Shown: piece after piece, positions 1 to 13,631 of the stretch
Position numbering within the stretch: the stretch's first letter is position 1
Layout of the letters: the number at the start of each line of letters is the position of its first letter
From: Eledone cirrhosa
Lineage: Eukaryota
DNA: 64,000 bases
Direction: 5' to 3'
NCBI GenBank assembly: GCA_964016885.1
Contig: OZ024742.1
Span: 78,182,001-78,246,000 of the forward strand
The notes under the pieces: model-generated
The model's database searches: none
Seen by the model: only the letters and a program-made list of their open reading frames with translations
What the model was told of the DNA's origin: nothing
Made by a program: the position numbers and the translations under genes

Positions 1-19
1 TTGACTCTTTATTATGTTA

Positions 20-1640
20 TATAACCTTAGATAGACAGTACCTTCCGTTGGATATTTGTTGTTCCCAAAAGTGTTGTTTTCTGCAAAGTCATAATGCTGG
101 TTGTGATTCCAATTCTACCGAGGTTTTTCTGGAAGTTTTTGGTCACAGACCCAAGCACTCCAATCACAATTTTCATCTATTCTCAAGTCTACATGCATTA
201 CGATTTTCTCGTTTTCATTGCCATTGATGTTATGGTCTCTTGGGCAAGCTACATTGATCAACAAATACCTCTTTTCAGTACCTTTCTCCAAGAATCTTCA
301 AGAACTCTATCTGTCTGGATTGCAAAATCCCATAGTCTGGTTTTCTAGGGCCTTCTCTTAGTTGTGCTGGTACCATTTCTCTGTGATTACAAACCCGTAT
401 TTCTTGCATAGTCGTAGGCACACAAGATGTGTGCCACACGTTCTACCATCTTTCCAGATAACCTACACTTATATGTTTCATCTGAGTCATATATATTTCT
501 TTTCCCGTTTCTGCTTAGCGCTTGATCTCGAGCGGCTATTAATAAAATCTCTCTCTCTCTCTTAAGATCATCTTTTGTCAACCAATTTGGTGAAGATCCT
601 AATTTTTCTTCCTTCTTTTCTCTTTCAAATTGACCATTTAATTCCTTACTCTTCCTTGTGTTCAGTTTCTTATCTGGCGGCCTCTGTTTTAATGGTTCCA
701 ATGCATGAGCCTCTGCATTTGGAAACATAACTTAAAAGATCTTCTTTACTACTAGATAAATACGAGTCTAAGGATCTTTATTCGTTAGCCACACAATCTT
801 TCACACTTACAGGTCCTCGACCTCTGTCATTCCACAGAGTACATAGCCTGATGATATTTGTATTTAGGTGCAATGCACCGTTGTCAACAATTTCCTGTCG
901 CGTTAGCCTATCCAAATTATTATTTCTTCTTTGGTCTAGTTTGAAATAGCTACAAAATATCTAATAACTGGCACAGCCAAGACATTAATTGCGGCAATTA
1001 AGTTATTCCCATTCAGTTTCGTTTTCAGTAGCAGTCCTAACCAATTTAGATAGAATTTCTTCACATTTTCTTTCATCTTCTCATTTAGAACTTTTCCAAG
1101 CTCGAAAATGCCTATATATGTGTAGCCACTCTCCACCAAGCAACTCAATCCCACCAGTATGTACATGTCTACCTCTCTTTATAGTCATAGTGGCATGCTT
1201 TGTAATACCAGATTCCATCTATATGTCCGTGCAGCACCTGTAAACAATTTAGTGAGTCAACCTGAGATTCATTCCTGCCAAGGAGTTTCAAATAATTCAT
1301 GAAAAGTAGACAGTTAATCTTAGGTCCTTTTTTCCATCTGATAGCCAATATCTGTATCGCGTAATATCATTGATGGTGGGATCATGACAATAAAAAATAT
1401 CAACGGTAAGAATGAATCAGCTGGAAATATTCCTCTTCTTATATTGACCACACACAGGTGTTTATTTCCTGATTACAAGTTTGTCTTCCACAAAGGCACG
1501 CTAGACTCCATTACATTAATAACAATTTGTTATCCCAAACATTCTGAAACCTTACAGTACCCATGAATGCTGGACTATGCCAAAGGCTTTCTAAGATCTA
1601 TCCAGTTCAGGCTTAAATTCTTTAGACGTCTTTTGCAGTT
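20..1640 (-). mobile_element. Decayed R4/Dong-like non-LTR retrotransposon (RT + restriction-like endonuclease) relic
   Basis: Broken minus-strand ORFs 'LLLKTKLNGNNLIAAINVLAVPVIRY' (936-1166) and 'WLTKDDLKRERE..LIAARDQAL..KCRL..ERVAHIL' (387-728) align by eye with the near-intact ORFs at 45959-49351 and 50616-53033; many stops and frameshifts. Confidence 0.8.
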
Positions 1641-1809
1641 ATTCAACAGCAAGATGGTTTTTGGTTGCATGAGAATCTTTCCTACACTCCTGCTCCGCCT
1701 GTAACATCATATTCCGAAGCAAGTGGTCATAGATGTTTACAGCAAAGATACCTGTCAACAGCCTCCAAAGAACATTCAAGCAAGTAATCACTGTAATTTC
1801 CGGGAAGAG

Positions 1810-2175
1810 GAGAGACATCTTAGATTATTTCAGTCATGTAACTGCTATACACAGAGTTTAATATTTTGGTCGGGGCGCTCGCAACCTGGTTTGCGCTTCT
1901 CGTTGAGAGTCTGGTAGAGAGGTATACACGTGCATACTCCGGACCAAGTCCATACACAGCAGCCCCATCCTCATGCGATACATCGTACAGTGAGTAGTGA
2001 GTAAACCTGGCTTCGGTGTGGCTCTGGTCAATTTGGATCAATCGAAAGCTTTCGATTGGAGTGATTATCGATAATTGGACACTGCCCTCAAGGCAGCCGG
2101 CTTCAGTCCCATCTTCAGATGCTGTATCGTTGCAGTGCACAGCAGCATTTACTCGGTGGTCAAAGTCAGTTTGCA
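1810..2175 (+). mobile_element. Relic of Tx1/L1-clade ORF2 reverse transcriptase
   Basis: Translates as LMRYIVQ*VVSKPGFGVALVNLDQSKAFDWSDYR*LDTALKAAGFSPIFR, colinear with 'LKRYIVERVAREPGTGGSLINLDQSKAFDRVDHRYLAAVLRAAGFGPVFR' in ORF2 at about 57140-57300. Confidence 0.85.
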
Positions 2176-2229
2176 CGCTCAGTCAGTCAAGATGTCACCG
2201 AACAAGTTTGGTACATAAGGCTCGTAACG

Positions 2230-2830
2230 CAGGGTTTGATGTAAACGGTTTCTATTGTTGTAGTGTTGTGTTTTAAGTTGTGCATAAGTTTCTGGTTGTT
2301 TGTATTTATGCTTGTGTAATTTGTTCGGATTTTTTCCTTGTTGGGATTACGTTTGTTGTTGTTTTTGTTGTTGATGTTGCGGATGAAGGTTTTTGATGTT
2401 GGTGTTGGTTTCTGTTGAGTCTGTTGCCGGTTGTGAAAGTGAGGTTGGTGTTGTTGCTGTTAGTGATATTGGTGTGATGAGGGCAGAAACACTGGAGGTG
2501 TGTTTTTGCACCATGCATCTGACAATTTTTGGAGTATATGACCACCGTCGAGCGATATGGAGTTTGAGTTCCCATACAAAATCCAAAGCCATTTCGATCT
2601 GGGAATCGGTGGTACGCTCCAACCGGCTCGAAATATAAGGTATGTTACCGTACAATGTCGTATGTTTCCCAACACGTCAAATGGTGTTGTGAGACTGACT
2701 CGACAGCTTCCTTTTATTACCACTCCCAAAATCAATGTGCCAGATACTGAACTGTGCCCCCCCCCCCCTCATGCAACAACCCCTTGGTGATTGTTGTTGA
2801 TGTTGTTGTCGTCACTAGTACGAACACACC
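2230..2830 (-). mobile_element. Relic of Tx1/L1-clade ORF1 (internally deleted)
   Basis: Minus-strand fragments 'HCTVTY', 'SSRLERTTDSQIEMALDFVWELKLHIAR' and 'GAKTHLQCFC' match ORF1 of the 53110-59135 element ('HCTVTY..SRRVERATEAQIQKALGSVWQRKTHITR', 'GSKTHLRAFC'). Confidence 0.75.
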
Positions 2831-3295
2831 CATAACGACTTCCATCGCACAAGGAATCACAACTGGACATCTAAAACCACTTGCTGTAACCACACAATAA
2901 GCTTCCATTGTAAATACTACTCGTAATGATAATTAGGACTGTTTTTATTGTTGGCGTCGGTGCCGATACATAATTTTATACCAAAACAAAACTAATAGAC
3001 TTTGTCTTCAGTGTCATCCCTCCTATCTTTTCACACCTATTCATACATGTTTTCCCTTTATTTCATTTCATTTTATTCTATTACCACTATCACCTTGATT
3101 GTACCCTGAGCTGATCGATATCGAAACAATTGTAATATGTAAATACTGCAACATATATATATATATATGAATCTATGTATAGTATATTTGGCATTATACC
3201 GTATGTTTAATTAGAAACATTTAGAAGACCATACGCTATCAGTTTTAAAGTACCGACTATGTCACTTACTTCTTTTCGGCGAAAGAAGGGAGAGA

Positions 3296-3337
3296 AGCTA
3301 ACAGTTTGTTTCACGCTGGTTGGCGTTCATCAGAGCC
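3296..3337 (-). ncRNA. Minimal type-I hammerhead ribozyme, intact core
   Basis: Minus strand: ggcu-CUGAUGA-ACGC(caacca)GCGU-GAAAC-AAACU-GUU-agcu; stems I, II and III all form. Confidence 0.75.
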
Positions 3338-3440
3338 ACGCACTCCCTTGATAAACGGCGACCGCTCTGTATAATCAGTTCCTGATTATTACTGGAATTC
3401 TATAAGAATCCAACACACATAATTTTCAGCAGACAGAGGA

Positions 3441-3498
3441 GTAGTGAGCTTTGATAAGTACCAAAAAGTACGAAACGGAGCTCTGTCAGTTTATCTAC
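3441..3498 (+). ncRNA. Decayed hammerhead ribozyme (core uUGAUaA)
   Basis: guagugagcu-uUGAUaA-GUAC(caaaaa)GUAC-GAAAC-GGAGCUCU-GUC-aguuuaucuac; stem I extends outward (about 3421-3444 pairs with about 3495-3516). Two core substitutions (C3, G8). Confidence 0.6.
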
Positions 3499-3616
3499 CC
3501 CTGTTTGCTGAAAATTTAAATAAGTGACATTGTCACTATTTTAAAACAATAGCGTATGGTCTTCAACATGCTTTTAATTAAGCATACATTGTATTGCAAA
3601 ATACACTATATATACA

Positions 3617-3795
<179 letters not shown>

Positions 3796-6700
3796 CTGTG
3801 TCTATATGTCACATAACCTAGCAGCCCAGCAAAAAGATTTGTAGGGTCGACATGCTCGACTAAATCCTTTTCTGGCCGTACGCCAGTAAAATTTATTATA
3901 TCGTATTACTTTTTTTAATAGATTCTGGTATAAAATAGGGTGTCTTGTCTTAAAGACCGACATTCAAGCTCAGATGCAGGCAAAGCATGATGAATATAAA
4001 TGTCACGGCCAGATATATTGGTTCTAATATTGGCCGTTGGCTTACCGTTGACGTTATTACATAGACGCATGGAAAAAAGGTTAACAAGTTCGCTTGGAAA
4101 TCACTAAATCTGTGTTCGATCCCAGTGTGGTATCTTTAGCATGTTTCATTTATTATAGACATGGATAGACCTATATCTTTGACGGAAATTGAATAGATAG
4201 AAACTGTTTCCAAGACCTTGGTATGGAATCTACCGGCAATTCTAAGGGCATTCGTTGTTACTGTGTCACGCCAAATCTCCTTGTGAATTAAATTTAGGTT
4301 GAAGGAATCTGTGGAACGCCCGGACACTTACACGTTCATTTCCCGAACTGGTAATTCCCTTGATCGAACAACTGGAACATTCATCTCCGAAACAACTGGA
4401 CGTCCATTCAACTTTCTGGCAGAGTATGGGCAAGTGTTGAAATGGTGGTAACTCGCACCAACTTGTGACCGAGTTATATGCACGTCCTGATCACCCCTGT
4501 TCACAAAAACACTTTCTTGCCTCTGTGTGGGTGTGCTGTTCCTCTTTGTTTCATGTTTCATGCACAACATTTTCAACCTGTTTTAATATATTGTAGTATA
4601 TGGTTTTTCCTTGGGCGGTGGATTGGGACAACATGCTTTGTAACAGATAGTTGGTCAACATGCTTTGTAACATATAGTCACGTCCCTTTACATTCTGATT
4701 TCAAACATGTCTATATCCACGTCCCCACACATTTTTGTATGGAACCTTTTTTTTGTACTAATAAGTTTTTGTATTATGTATATAGTTGAATGGTCACTGC
4801 AGAAAGTTTTCTATCGTTATTACAGGCTTTCATTCCGTAAACAAATATAAATTCTATGTCGTGGGGGACATAAAGTATTTCTTTTCTTAATATATATAAG
4901 TGGGGATTATATTCATACACTGTGTCTTACAGATTTTCTGCTACAATATAAATATGTAGATCTGCTATCGGCAGAAAATGGTTGCTTATTAACCTATAAT
5001 GTTTAACCGTATCCAGTGCGGTCAAGCGTGTAGGTTGATGTAGTTTAAAACAGTAGTATTTAATTTAGTGGAATTTAGTTGCAATTTATAGTAAGTATAA
5101 CGTCCGTACATGGGCATCTATGATCACTAATGTGTAGCTGATTATCCCTGGAAAAGTATTTGAAAACGGTGTGGTATGGGGTAAGGTTGTAGTGTAGGTT
5201 GTAGTTATGCTGTTGATTGATATTGTTGTGATGCTAAGTTGTAGCATAGGTGGCAGTTAGTGTAAGTATATGCGATGATGTTTTAAGTTGTGGTGTATAT
5301 AGGAGCTATTGCGTGAGTTAACGTGTTGTACATGATAGTTGTTGTATAGGCTGAATTTTTAGCGTTGCTTGTGTAGGTTAACGTAGTGCTGTAGTTTATT
5401 TTGATTACATATGTGATCTAGATGCTGTAATTTGAAGTTGTGATTTAGGTTGATGTGGTGAAGGTTGTAGGTGTGATGTAAATTGTAACTGTGGCTTAAA
5501 CTGAAGAGATATTATAGATTGAAGAATCAGAGTAAGCTGATGTTGTGGTGAAGGTTGTTTGTGGATTATTTTCGCTAGTGTAATTTTCAGACAAGACAAT
5601 ATCGAAGCGAGAATAAACTGATGCAACAATTTTGTTACCAAGATTTTGTGGGGTAGTAAGCAGTTAAATATATCAACTCCAACACTTAACTGATACATAT
5701 TTTATCAACCCATATGCATTGTCGAGATTTGAACTCCAAACATAAATGTCAAACTAAAAACCGTTATTTCATCCGACGTTCTAGCGAGCCTACCAAAGTT
5801 TGTCAGTTAAGGCACGAGTTTTCAGAATGATATTCCAGAAATTTGTTATTCATTTGAAATTTCTTAGAACTACAATCAATTTTCTGATAATTATTCTTGA
5901 GCAATGTTCCAGTTAGTGTGACAAAAGACAATATATTGTAACTATACAAATTATAGAATTTAAGATTGTGGGATGCTGAAGAATTTTCGCCAATAATTCT
6001 GACAAACTTCATTCTTAGCTTTCGTTTATATTGAAAGAGATGTAAAGGTAGACATTTTCTAATTGTTAAGGACTAAATGACAGAGGGTTTGCCCTTTTCG
6101 AGCTTGAATTATTCAACTGAAAGACGCTAACGGAGCAGTTTCTATGCGGCTTCAACATCATTAGCCGAATTCCTAACGCTTTGACAGTTAACCGATATCA
6201 AATTGAATTTCTGCCATTAGGAATGTAAGACTTGTACAACTTCACCTTTGCCCTCTAATAACAGCCAGGCAGAAACAATATTCCGATTTGCAAGGATAAA
6301 ACGTCTATACTTAATTGATTTTATTCGAACCATTCAGTATAGCTATTCGACCAAAGCGCCTGCCACTCTATGTAGGCTATCACTACTTTCTACATTAGAG
6401 ATGCAACGCAAAGAGAAATAATTTAATAAAGACAAATTGTCTCGTAATGGTGTCTTCAAATGTTGTCGGCTAGCAGTCTCTCTCATTCTATTCTCATTTG
6501 CATTTATACAAATAATTTTCTTTACGCCCGTATATTGAAATTTTCATTTTTTTCCCCTTCTCCGTTTACGTTTTCAGCATTCGCACACTTAAACACATAC
6601 GCTTACGATACAAACTATGCAGATAATTATATTCAATCTGTAGGATTGTAAAATATAGACTTATTGTATAAAAGTGCGTAACGTATTATAACTATCTGCG

Positions 6701-6907
6701 TTAGCAGATGGCACGGAACCTTGTTTAAATGTGTTGCAATGTGTAGCAATATATGTTCTTGTCAGCGAAATACCATTAATGTTTATGTGCTGGTATTTTA
6801 ACATTTACATAACAGTATGTTTAGTTATGTATATCTAGATGTGAGCATATAAATATACATTTTTACAGACGTAGTTATTTGTGTATTCAACTGTTAATCT
6901 ATTTAGC

Positions 6908-6938
<31 letters not shown>

Positions 6939-7040
6939 CTGTGTGTATATATACATATATATATATATATGTATTTTATATTATATATATATATATCATA
7001 CATATTTCATATATAAATTTATGTATCTCTCTATTTATGC

Positions 7041-7093
<53 letters not shown>

Positions 7094-8765
7094 TACAAAA
7101 TATTTTTCTTCCCCAAATAAAAACGGCCCTCACACACAGTGACACATATAATGAATATTTACAGACTGCACACTGTCTGTGTATTTACATATATTTACAT
7201 ATACAAATGTCGTTACATTCCACTTGTGCTTGACTTTCTTCCAGATTACGTTCAAAAACAACCATCAGACACTATTATACTTGTCTGTCTGTGTGCTTTA
7301 GATAAGTTGAATTTGAATTCTAAAACCTTAATTTTATTTTTAGTTGTATATTTTAAATCTATATATATACATTTTCTTGTTCTTCGTTTAAACTTATATA
7401 GATAGACAAGACAGTTTTTCACACGTCTACATTCCCTATTGTCTCGCATCAATCTTCATTTCACGACATACATATTGCTGTGTTTGCTTGCATCTATATA
7501 TATGCATGTATAGTGTATGTATATATATATATACACATATCATGCCGCATACATAACCCACACCAAAAATCACACTAACCATGACACACCATATTAATAA
7601 CCACATATACCCCGTCTCAACATCGCCCACCTCAATGAACTTATTGTATTGTACTCCATGTAACCATTTCTAAGCCCGCATTTGTATATCATGCCGCACG
7701 CATCACCATCACCACCACCAAAATTCACATCAACATACACACCTCATCGCTGCAACATCGTATTAGATCGGTATCCTATGATACGTTCTACCTTGCAATC
7801 CACAATGACAAGGGACCTTGTAAATACAATGTCGATCATATCACACCATCGCCACCACCACCACACCACACATCGTCATATGCCTACCATAAACACCTAC
7901 AACCTCATCCCCCCATGTTCCCTCTGTCTACCCTAACCTACAACCCCACGCTAAATTCGACCCTGTAATTGTACTGTCACACGCACACACAACCACAGCC
8001 ACCACTAAATACATCCAAATACCTCAACAATCATTATCATTAACATCATCAACACATATCACCCCTCGCTCCCAGATCAACTGTATTATATATCCCCCAC
8101 CCCCGTCTGCCTACCCTATAACACACCGTAACCTCTGATCATGTAATCATCTTGTCGAACACATCACCCCAGCACCACCACCATCACCATGTCCACAACA
8201 CACATCGCCATACGTCCATAAACACCTTCTAACCGGTATTCGATCCTGTATATATAAATGTTGTCCCTCACAACTCCACCACCACCACCACAAAACACAA
8301 CTCCATACTTCACCAACACCAACAACGCACACCCCACTCCCCAACCAACAATAGCGTGTGTGTCGGTGCGTAAGTATTCTTACACAGACGGACGTATGAG
8401 TGTGCGTGCGTGTACGCATAGTCATTGTATGTGTGTGTGTGTATGTGAGCGCAGGTGTATACATGTGTGTATGTGTGAGTACGTATCTGTATATATATAT
8501 ATATGTGTGTATGTGTATGCGTATGTGTGTGTGTGTGTGTGTCTATATGTATGTGTATGTATGTGTGTATATGTGCACGTCTACATATAGGTATATGAGT
8601 GAATCTGACTATATGTGTAGGGGAGCTCATGTGCGTGCATGTATGTGTATATGTGCGTGTATATCTGTGTGTTGTCTGTACATGTGTGTGTGTGTATATC
8701 TATGTGTATATATATATATATTTATATAATATAAGATCAAAAGATGGTTAAAGGAGTTCCATATA

Positions 8766-8832
8766 TTTTATTATGCGCATTTCAAAAACAAACATCATCA
8801 AGCAATAATATTTGTGTTTTCATCAGATAAAA
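8766..8832 (-). ncRNA. Minimal type-I hammerhead ribozyme at a PLE-like terminus
   Basis: Minus strand: uuuuau-CUGAUGA-[16-bp stem II with 1 mismatch, loop gcuu]-GAAA-U-GCGC-AUA-auaaaa; perfect 6-bp stem I, palindromic loop 3. Confidence 0.8.
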
Positions 8833-9824
8833 CAGGAGAACATGATATGAAGGCTAAAAAACACTTGTTGATAGTGCAGTTTTAAATCAACATATATTTA
8901 TATATATATATGTATATATATGTATATGTATGTATGTATGTGTGTGCGTATATATATGTATGTGTATATATGTGCTTGAGTATACGTGTGTGTGAGTGAG
9001 TATGTGTATATTTTGTATACGTGAGTGTGAGTCCAGGTGCCCATACCCATATGTATGTCTAGGTATATGTATGTGTACGTATGTATGTAAAACACCTTCT
9101 ACATTGCCTCTCACCTCCCCCCCATCTCCGTCGTTCGCCGCCCCTAACGATACTCCCCCACTCTCCATATTCGTGTCCGCACGCGCACGCGCACATACAT
9201 GTGTGTACATATACATATGGCCGTGTGTAAGCGTGTGTCGATATGTGTTGGCAGGGATGTGCGTATGTGTTGTGTGCTTGGTGTGTTTATACAACAATAT
9301 GTGTGCGCATATATACCTATATGTGTGTGCGTATAAGTATATACAAAGCATCTGCCAGACGATGAGCGACTAGCTATGTATCTAGGTTATGACCTTGAGC
9401 CACCAATACATCCACCACACCACCACAAATGCCACTACCATAGACAGCGACACCAATACCACACCCCCACCCACACGCAACCCGTCGTCTACTGACAACC
9501 CACTAACCTCACACCACAGCCCATCCCACTAAGCAACCATAACCACCACCATATCATGACATCCACACCCACACATACTCTACACGCCAAGGCCAATCAA
9601 GCACCACCACACCACAGCCGATCTCATCCACCCATCGTCACCAACTTCTCACCATCACACCCACCCCCATATACACTACAGGCCAGTACATCGCCTTGAC
9701 CCTTGCCACCAATCAAAACAACTCATTTTGTCAAACTCTTGAATATCTGACTTTACCACATAGCATGTATTTCATTTTCTTATAGCATTTTGGGAAGGTC
9801 CGTCGAGCTGCGGATTATTGAGTC

Positions 9825-9891
9825 GGGTAGGGTCGATATAGATCGAACCTTGAGCTGATCAGTGGCGAAACGCGTGTCACCTATCAATAAA
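9825..9891 (+). ncRNA. Decayed hammerhead at a PLE-like 3' end followed by AATAAA
   Basis: ggguagggu-[cgauaua, mutated core]-...-GAAAC-GCGU-GUC-accuauc-AAUAAA; the 3' half and stem I are retained, the 5' core is lost. Confidence 0.4.
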
Positions 9892-10046
9892 TGCAATGAA
9901 GAAATAATCAATCGTCCTTTTTATCCTTTCTATATATATATATATATATGAAATACCAATGATCGTTGGCAAATCACTGATGAGGGACTAATTTTATAAT
10001 ATGTATTCCATGTGCAACCATGCAGTATTCTTCTCCCCATGTTTTT

Positions 10047-10139
<93 letters not shown>

Positions 10140-10273
10140 TTGTATATGTGTGTATATATATATGCACATATAAATATATACAGACATACATATATATATA
10201 TATATATACATATATACACACACACACATAAATATATATAATATCAATGTATAATATATACGATGAATACATG

Positions 10274-10385
<112 letters not shown>

Positions 10386-10468
10386 TTACACGCACACAAA
10401 CGCATATACATACATACATACACACACATCTATCTCTATATATCCCTCTCTTTCTAAATATATATATG

Positions 10469-10526
<58 letters not shown>

Positions 10527-10531
10527 TATAT

Positions 10532-10594
10532 TTCGCCATACCGAGAAGAATTGTTTCACAGCTAAGGTGAAACAATTGTTCTCGGTATGGTGAA
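10532..10594. repeat. 28-bp-arm hairpin palindrome containing the 3' half of a hammerhead
   Basis: ttcgccataccgagaagaattgtttcac-agctaag-gtGAAAC-AATT-GTT-ctcggtatggtgaa, next to (TA)n. Confidence 0.8.
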
Positions 10595-11080
10595 CTAACT
10601 GTTGTGTAACCACTTCTACCTAACTCGTCCCTTGGACTGAGTGCTCTACCACTACAGATATTACCTTCCAGTGTTCCACCACTATATATATATATACATA
10701 TATAGTTCAAGGTAACCAAGACTAACAATCAATGCAATGACACAAACTCTTCTTAGTTCCATGCTATTTGGAAAAGAAACACGAATACTTCAGTGTATTG
10801 GACTTTAATTCATCACCAGGAAAGAGCAAAGTTCGGAAGGAGTTGAAAGGTTGAGAGGGGGGGGGGGTATCGAGATGGATGAAGTGGGCAGACTAGTAGT
10901 GGTAAATCCGAGTCTTTCGTTGGTTCTTTCCTTTGTGTGAAAATGTAATGCATTTTATGCGTGTTTGTGTCGTTGAGTTCATTGTTTCTTGGTGTGCGTG
11001 TTAGTGGGTTTGTGAGTGTATGGCAAAGATGGAAGAGGTTTTATTGATGTGTTTGAAGGTGTTAACAGTATGTGTGTATT

Positions 11081-11149
<69 letters not shown>

Positions 11150-11262
11150 ATATATATATATGCATATGTATATACATGCATATATATGTGTGTGTGTGTG
11201 TGTCTTCATTGCACCACATCGTTTTGCTGTGTTGTTTCTCTCTACTCCTCTCATACATACAT

Positions 11263-11301
<39 letters not shown>

Positions 11302-11579
11302 AAGTGTGTGTATACTATATATGTATGCATAGTCTTTTATTATATATACATGTGTGTGCATGCTTGAATATTTACGAGCGTGCTGTTATGCAAGTTACAT
11401 ACGTGTAAATTTGTAATTTCGTTCCCATTCAAATAACAGTGTTTCCAAATACAATTTAACGAAGCTCAATCGATATTGACAATCTCAGAAGAAAGGATAA
11501 AACCAAAGTAGAAGAGCATTAGGACTTAACGTAAAGACAAACACAAATTGCTCTACTTAACAAAACAACAATGTTTTAC

Positions 11580-12260
11580 AGTTATCTGTGTTATTGATAA
11601 AATTAGGACAAATAACAGAAGGACAACCAACGACAAAAACAAGGCAAAACCAAACACTTTTTTTAAGAGGAAGCTTTAAAAATATTTTTTGAAAAAAATA
11701 AAAATACAAACGAAAGACACAGAACTCCAACGTTATCTGCTGTTTAGGTGGACTTAGGCAGTTTCGACTCCCAACCAATGGTATTGCTAGTACACACGGG
11801 GTCACAGCGTCTAATACAAGCCAAACGCTGTCCAGTGGAGTAAAAAACGAAGGACAAAACATATATATCTATTAAAATATAACAAGTACACATAGAATTT
11901 ATGTAATGCCAGGAAAACATATGGTGCTTCTTATAGCACGAAAGTTTTAGGGATGAAAAAAGAAGAGAAGGAAGAGAAAAAAAGCAAGAAGAAAGTAAGA
12001 TGAGTTAAAAAATTATGAGCCTTATAAATTAAGGGGGTTAGAAAGGATAACACATTCGTCACAGTGTATTAATGATAAAATTAGGAGTATTAACAGAAAG
12101 GTCAAGACAGCGAACGAAAATAATGCAAAACGAAAGAACATTTTTTACGGAGAACCTTAAAAAATTGTTTCTTTTATAAAATATTAAAATACAAACGAAA
12201 GACACAGAACTGTCATCGGTCGTTGAGGTGGGTTATAGCGTCTGACACAAGCCAGACGCT
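11580..12260. repeat. Diverged direct repeat pair (about 11580-11830 and 12060-12260)
   Basis: Shared blocks 'tgataaaattagga', 'aaaatacaaacgaaagacacagaact' and 'acaagcca.acgct'. Confidence 0.6.
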
Positions 12261-12383
12261 CAGATTATAAAGTTACAAACAAATAATATATCAAAAACAA
12301 ATCTAAACATTTACACAAAATAATTGCAGTCATATAAAAACAAAATAATTTTCCTAATTATTTTTCGCATCTCTCTCTATCTA

Positions 12384-12421
<38 letters not shown>

Positions 12422-12476
12422 AATTAATAAAAACAATGAATAAAAACAAAGAAACAGTTCCTTATATTAAAAAATT

Positions 12477-12611
12477 CATCATTTTACGATCGTTTCTAGG
12501 TAATATATGTGTGTGTTGGTATGTATATCATATAGATCTATGTAAAAATTTTACAAATTATCAGAGGAATATACATACCTACACATATATATGCTGTCTT
12601 CAGAAATAATG
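12477..12611 (-). ncRNA. Type-I hammerhead with very long stem II, at the PLE 3' end
   Basis: Minus strand: cauuauuu-CUGAAGA-[~100 nt imperfect hairpin]-GAAAC-GAUC-GUA-aaaugaug; 8-bp stem I, palindromic loop 3. Confidence 0.75.
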
Positions 12612-13444
12612 ATATTTGTTTATTGAAAAAAACGAACAAAGATTTAATATAATAGGTCTGTTTGGGAACAGGTTTTGAATTGACCAATAGAAAAGTAGTA
12701 AGTGGTCAAGTTGATCAAATAGTAGTAGTAGAAATTTAATTTAGGGGTTGAGGAATGCAAACTTCAGTTTTGAATGGAAAGAATACTTTGAATGAAAGGT
12801 TTACTTTGGGGATGAAAAGAGGTCAAGCCGGTGAAAGGTACACGAAAATTTGATGTTATTAAAGAATAATGTTAATGTTAAAATCGAAGGAGAATAAAAT
12901 TTTAGGGTAAAGTGAGAAATACCAATCTTATTTAAAACACAAGGAATTTAGATCTATAACAAGAAATTAAATTAATTTAATAGATAGGTATGCTTATAGG
13001 GATAAATTTATATTAATTCATATAGATGTGATAAATAAGAGTTAGACGTTATTAAATAATGTTAAAAACGAAGGAAAAAAAATTTGGGGGATAAATGTAT
13101 TAGTGAGAAATACCAAACTTATATAAAACTATAAGGAATTTAGATTCATAACAGGAAATTAAAATAGTTTATATGTATACTTATCGGTATTAATTTTAGG
13201 AAAAGAGAGATGTAAAAGGGAAATAAAATTATGAAGTTCTCAGTAGTAAAATACTAATTATAGGTTAACTCAATTAAAAATTAAAAACTAATTATAATAA
13301 TTTGTAAAATATAAGTGTAAGGTGTATATTAATTAGGTTTATAATATTTGAAAGTCCTTCTAATTTTATAATTGCACGATATAATTAATTCTTGTCGCTT
13401 ATTTAATAGGATATCCTTAGATTTCATTATTTCAAAAAGTTCCT

Positions 13445-13631
13445 ATGGCGGTGGATTGGCAGTATCGGTAGAGGGCCGGACGCCATGTTTTCCAGCATAG
13501 TTACGTCCCTTTACGATCTGAGTTCAAATCCCGCCGAGGTTGACTTTGCCTTTCATCCTTACGGGGTCGATAAAATAAAGTACCAGTAATACACTGGGTA
13601 ATTGCTGGCCTTGTGCCGAAAAGTAGAAACA
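13445..13631 (+). mobile_element. tRNA-derived SINE, full length, with 19-bp target-site duplication
   Basis: A-box-like 'tggcagtatcggtag', B-box 'gagttcaaatcc', tail 'gtagaaacaatta'; perfect TSD attatttcaaaaagttcct at 13426-13444 and 13632-13650. Confidence 0.9.

Larger units (their letters stand above)
3175..3618. mobile_element. Small non-coding element with long imperfect terminal inverted repeats and one hammerhead motif in each arm
   Basis: About 3175-3270 is an imperfect reverse complement of about 3522-3618 (shared core 'gaagaccatacgctat..ttttaaa..atgtcactt'); bounded by TA-rich tracts. Confidence 0.75.

Noticed and set aside
4298-4452. Short open frame after an AG (LKESVERPDTYTFISRTG...KWW*) as a coding exon
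   Set aside because: No recognisable homology, weak acceptor, no partner exons.
9978-10020. CTGATGA followed by a weak hairpin as a hammerhead
   Set aside because: No GAAA-stem III-NUH downstream. Partial matches near 3005, 3105, 15330, 18755, 21315, 28282 and 31330 were also too degenerate to call.
13445-13540. tRNA gene
   Set aside because: A/B boxes belong to a multi-copy SINE head; no convincing cloverleaf.
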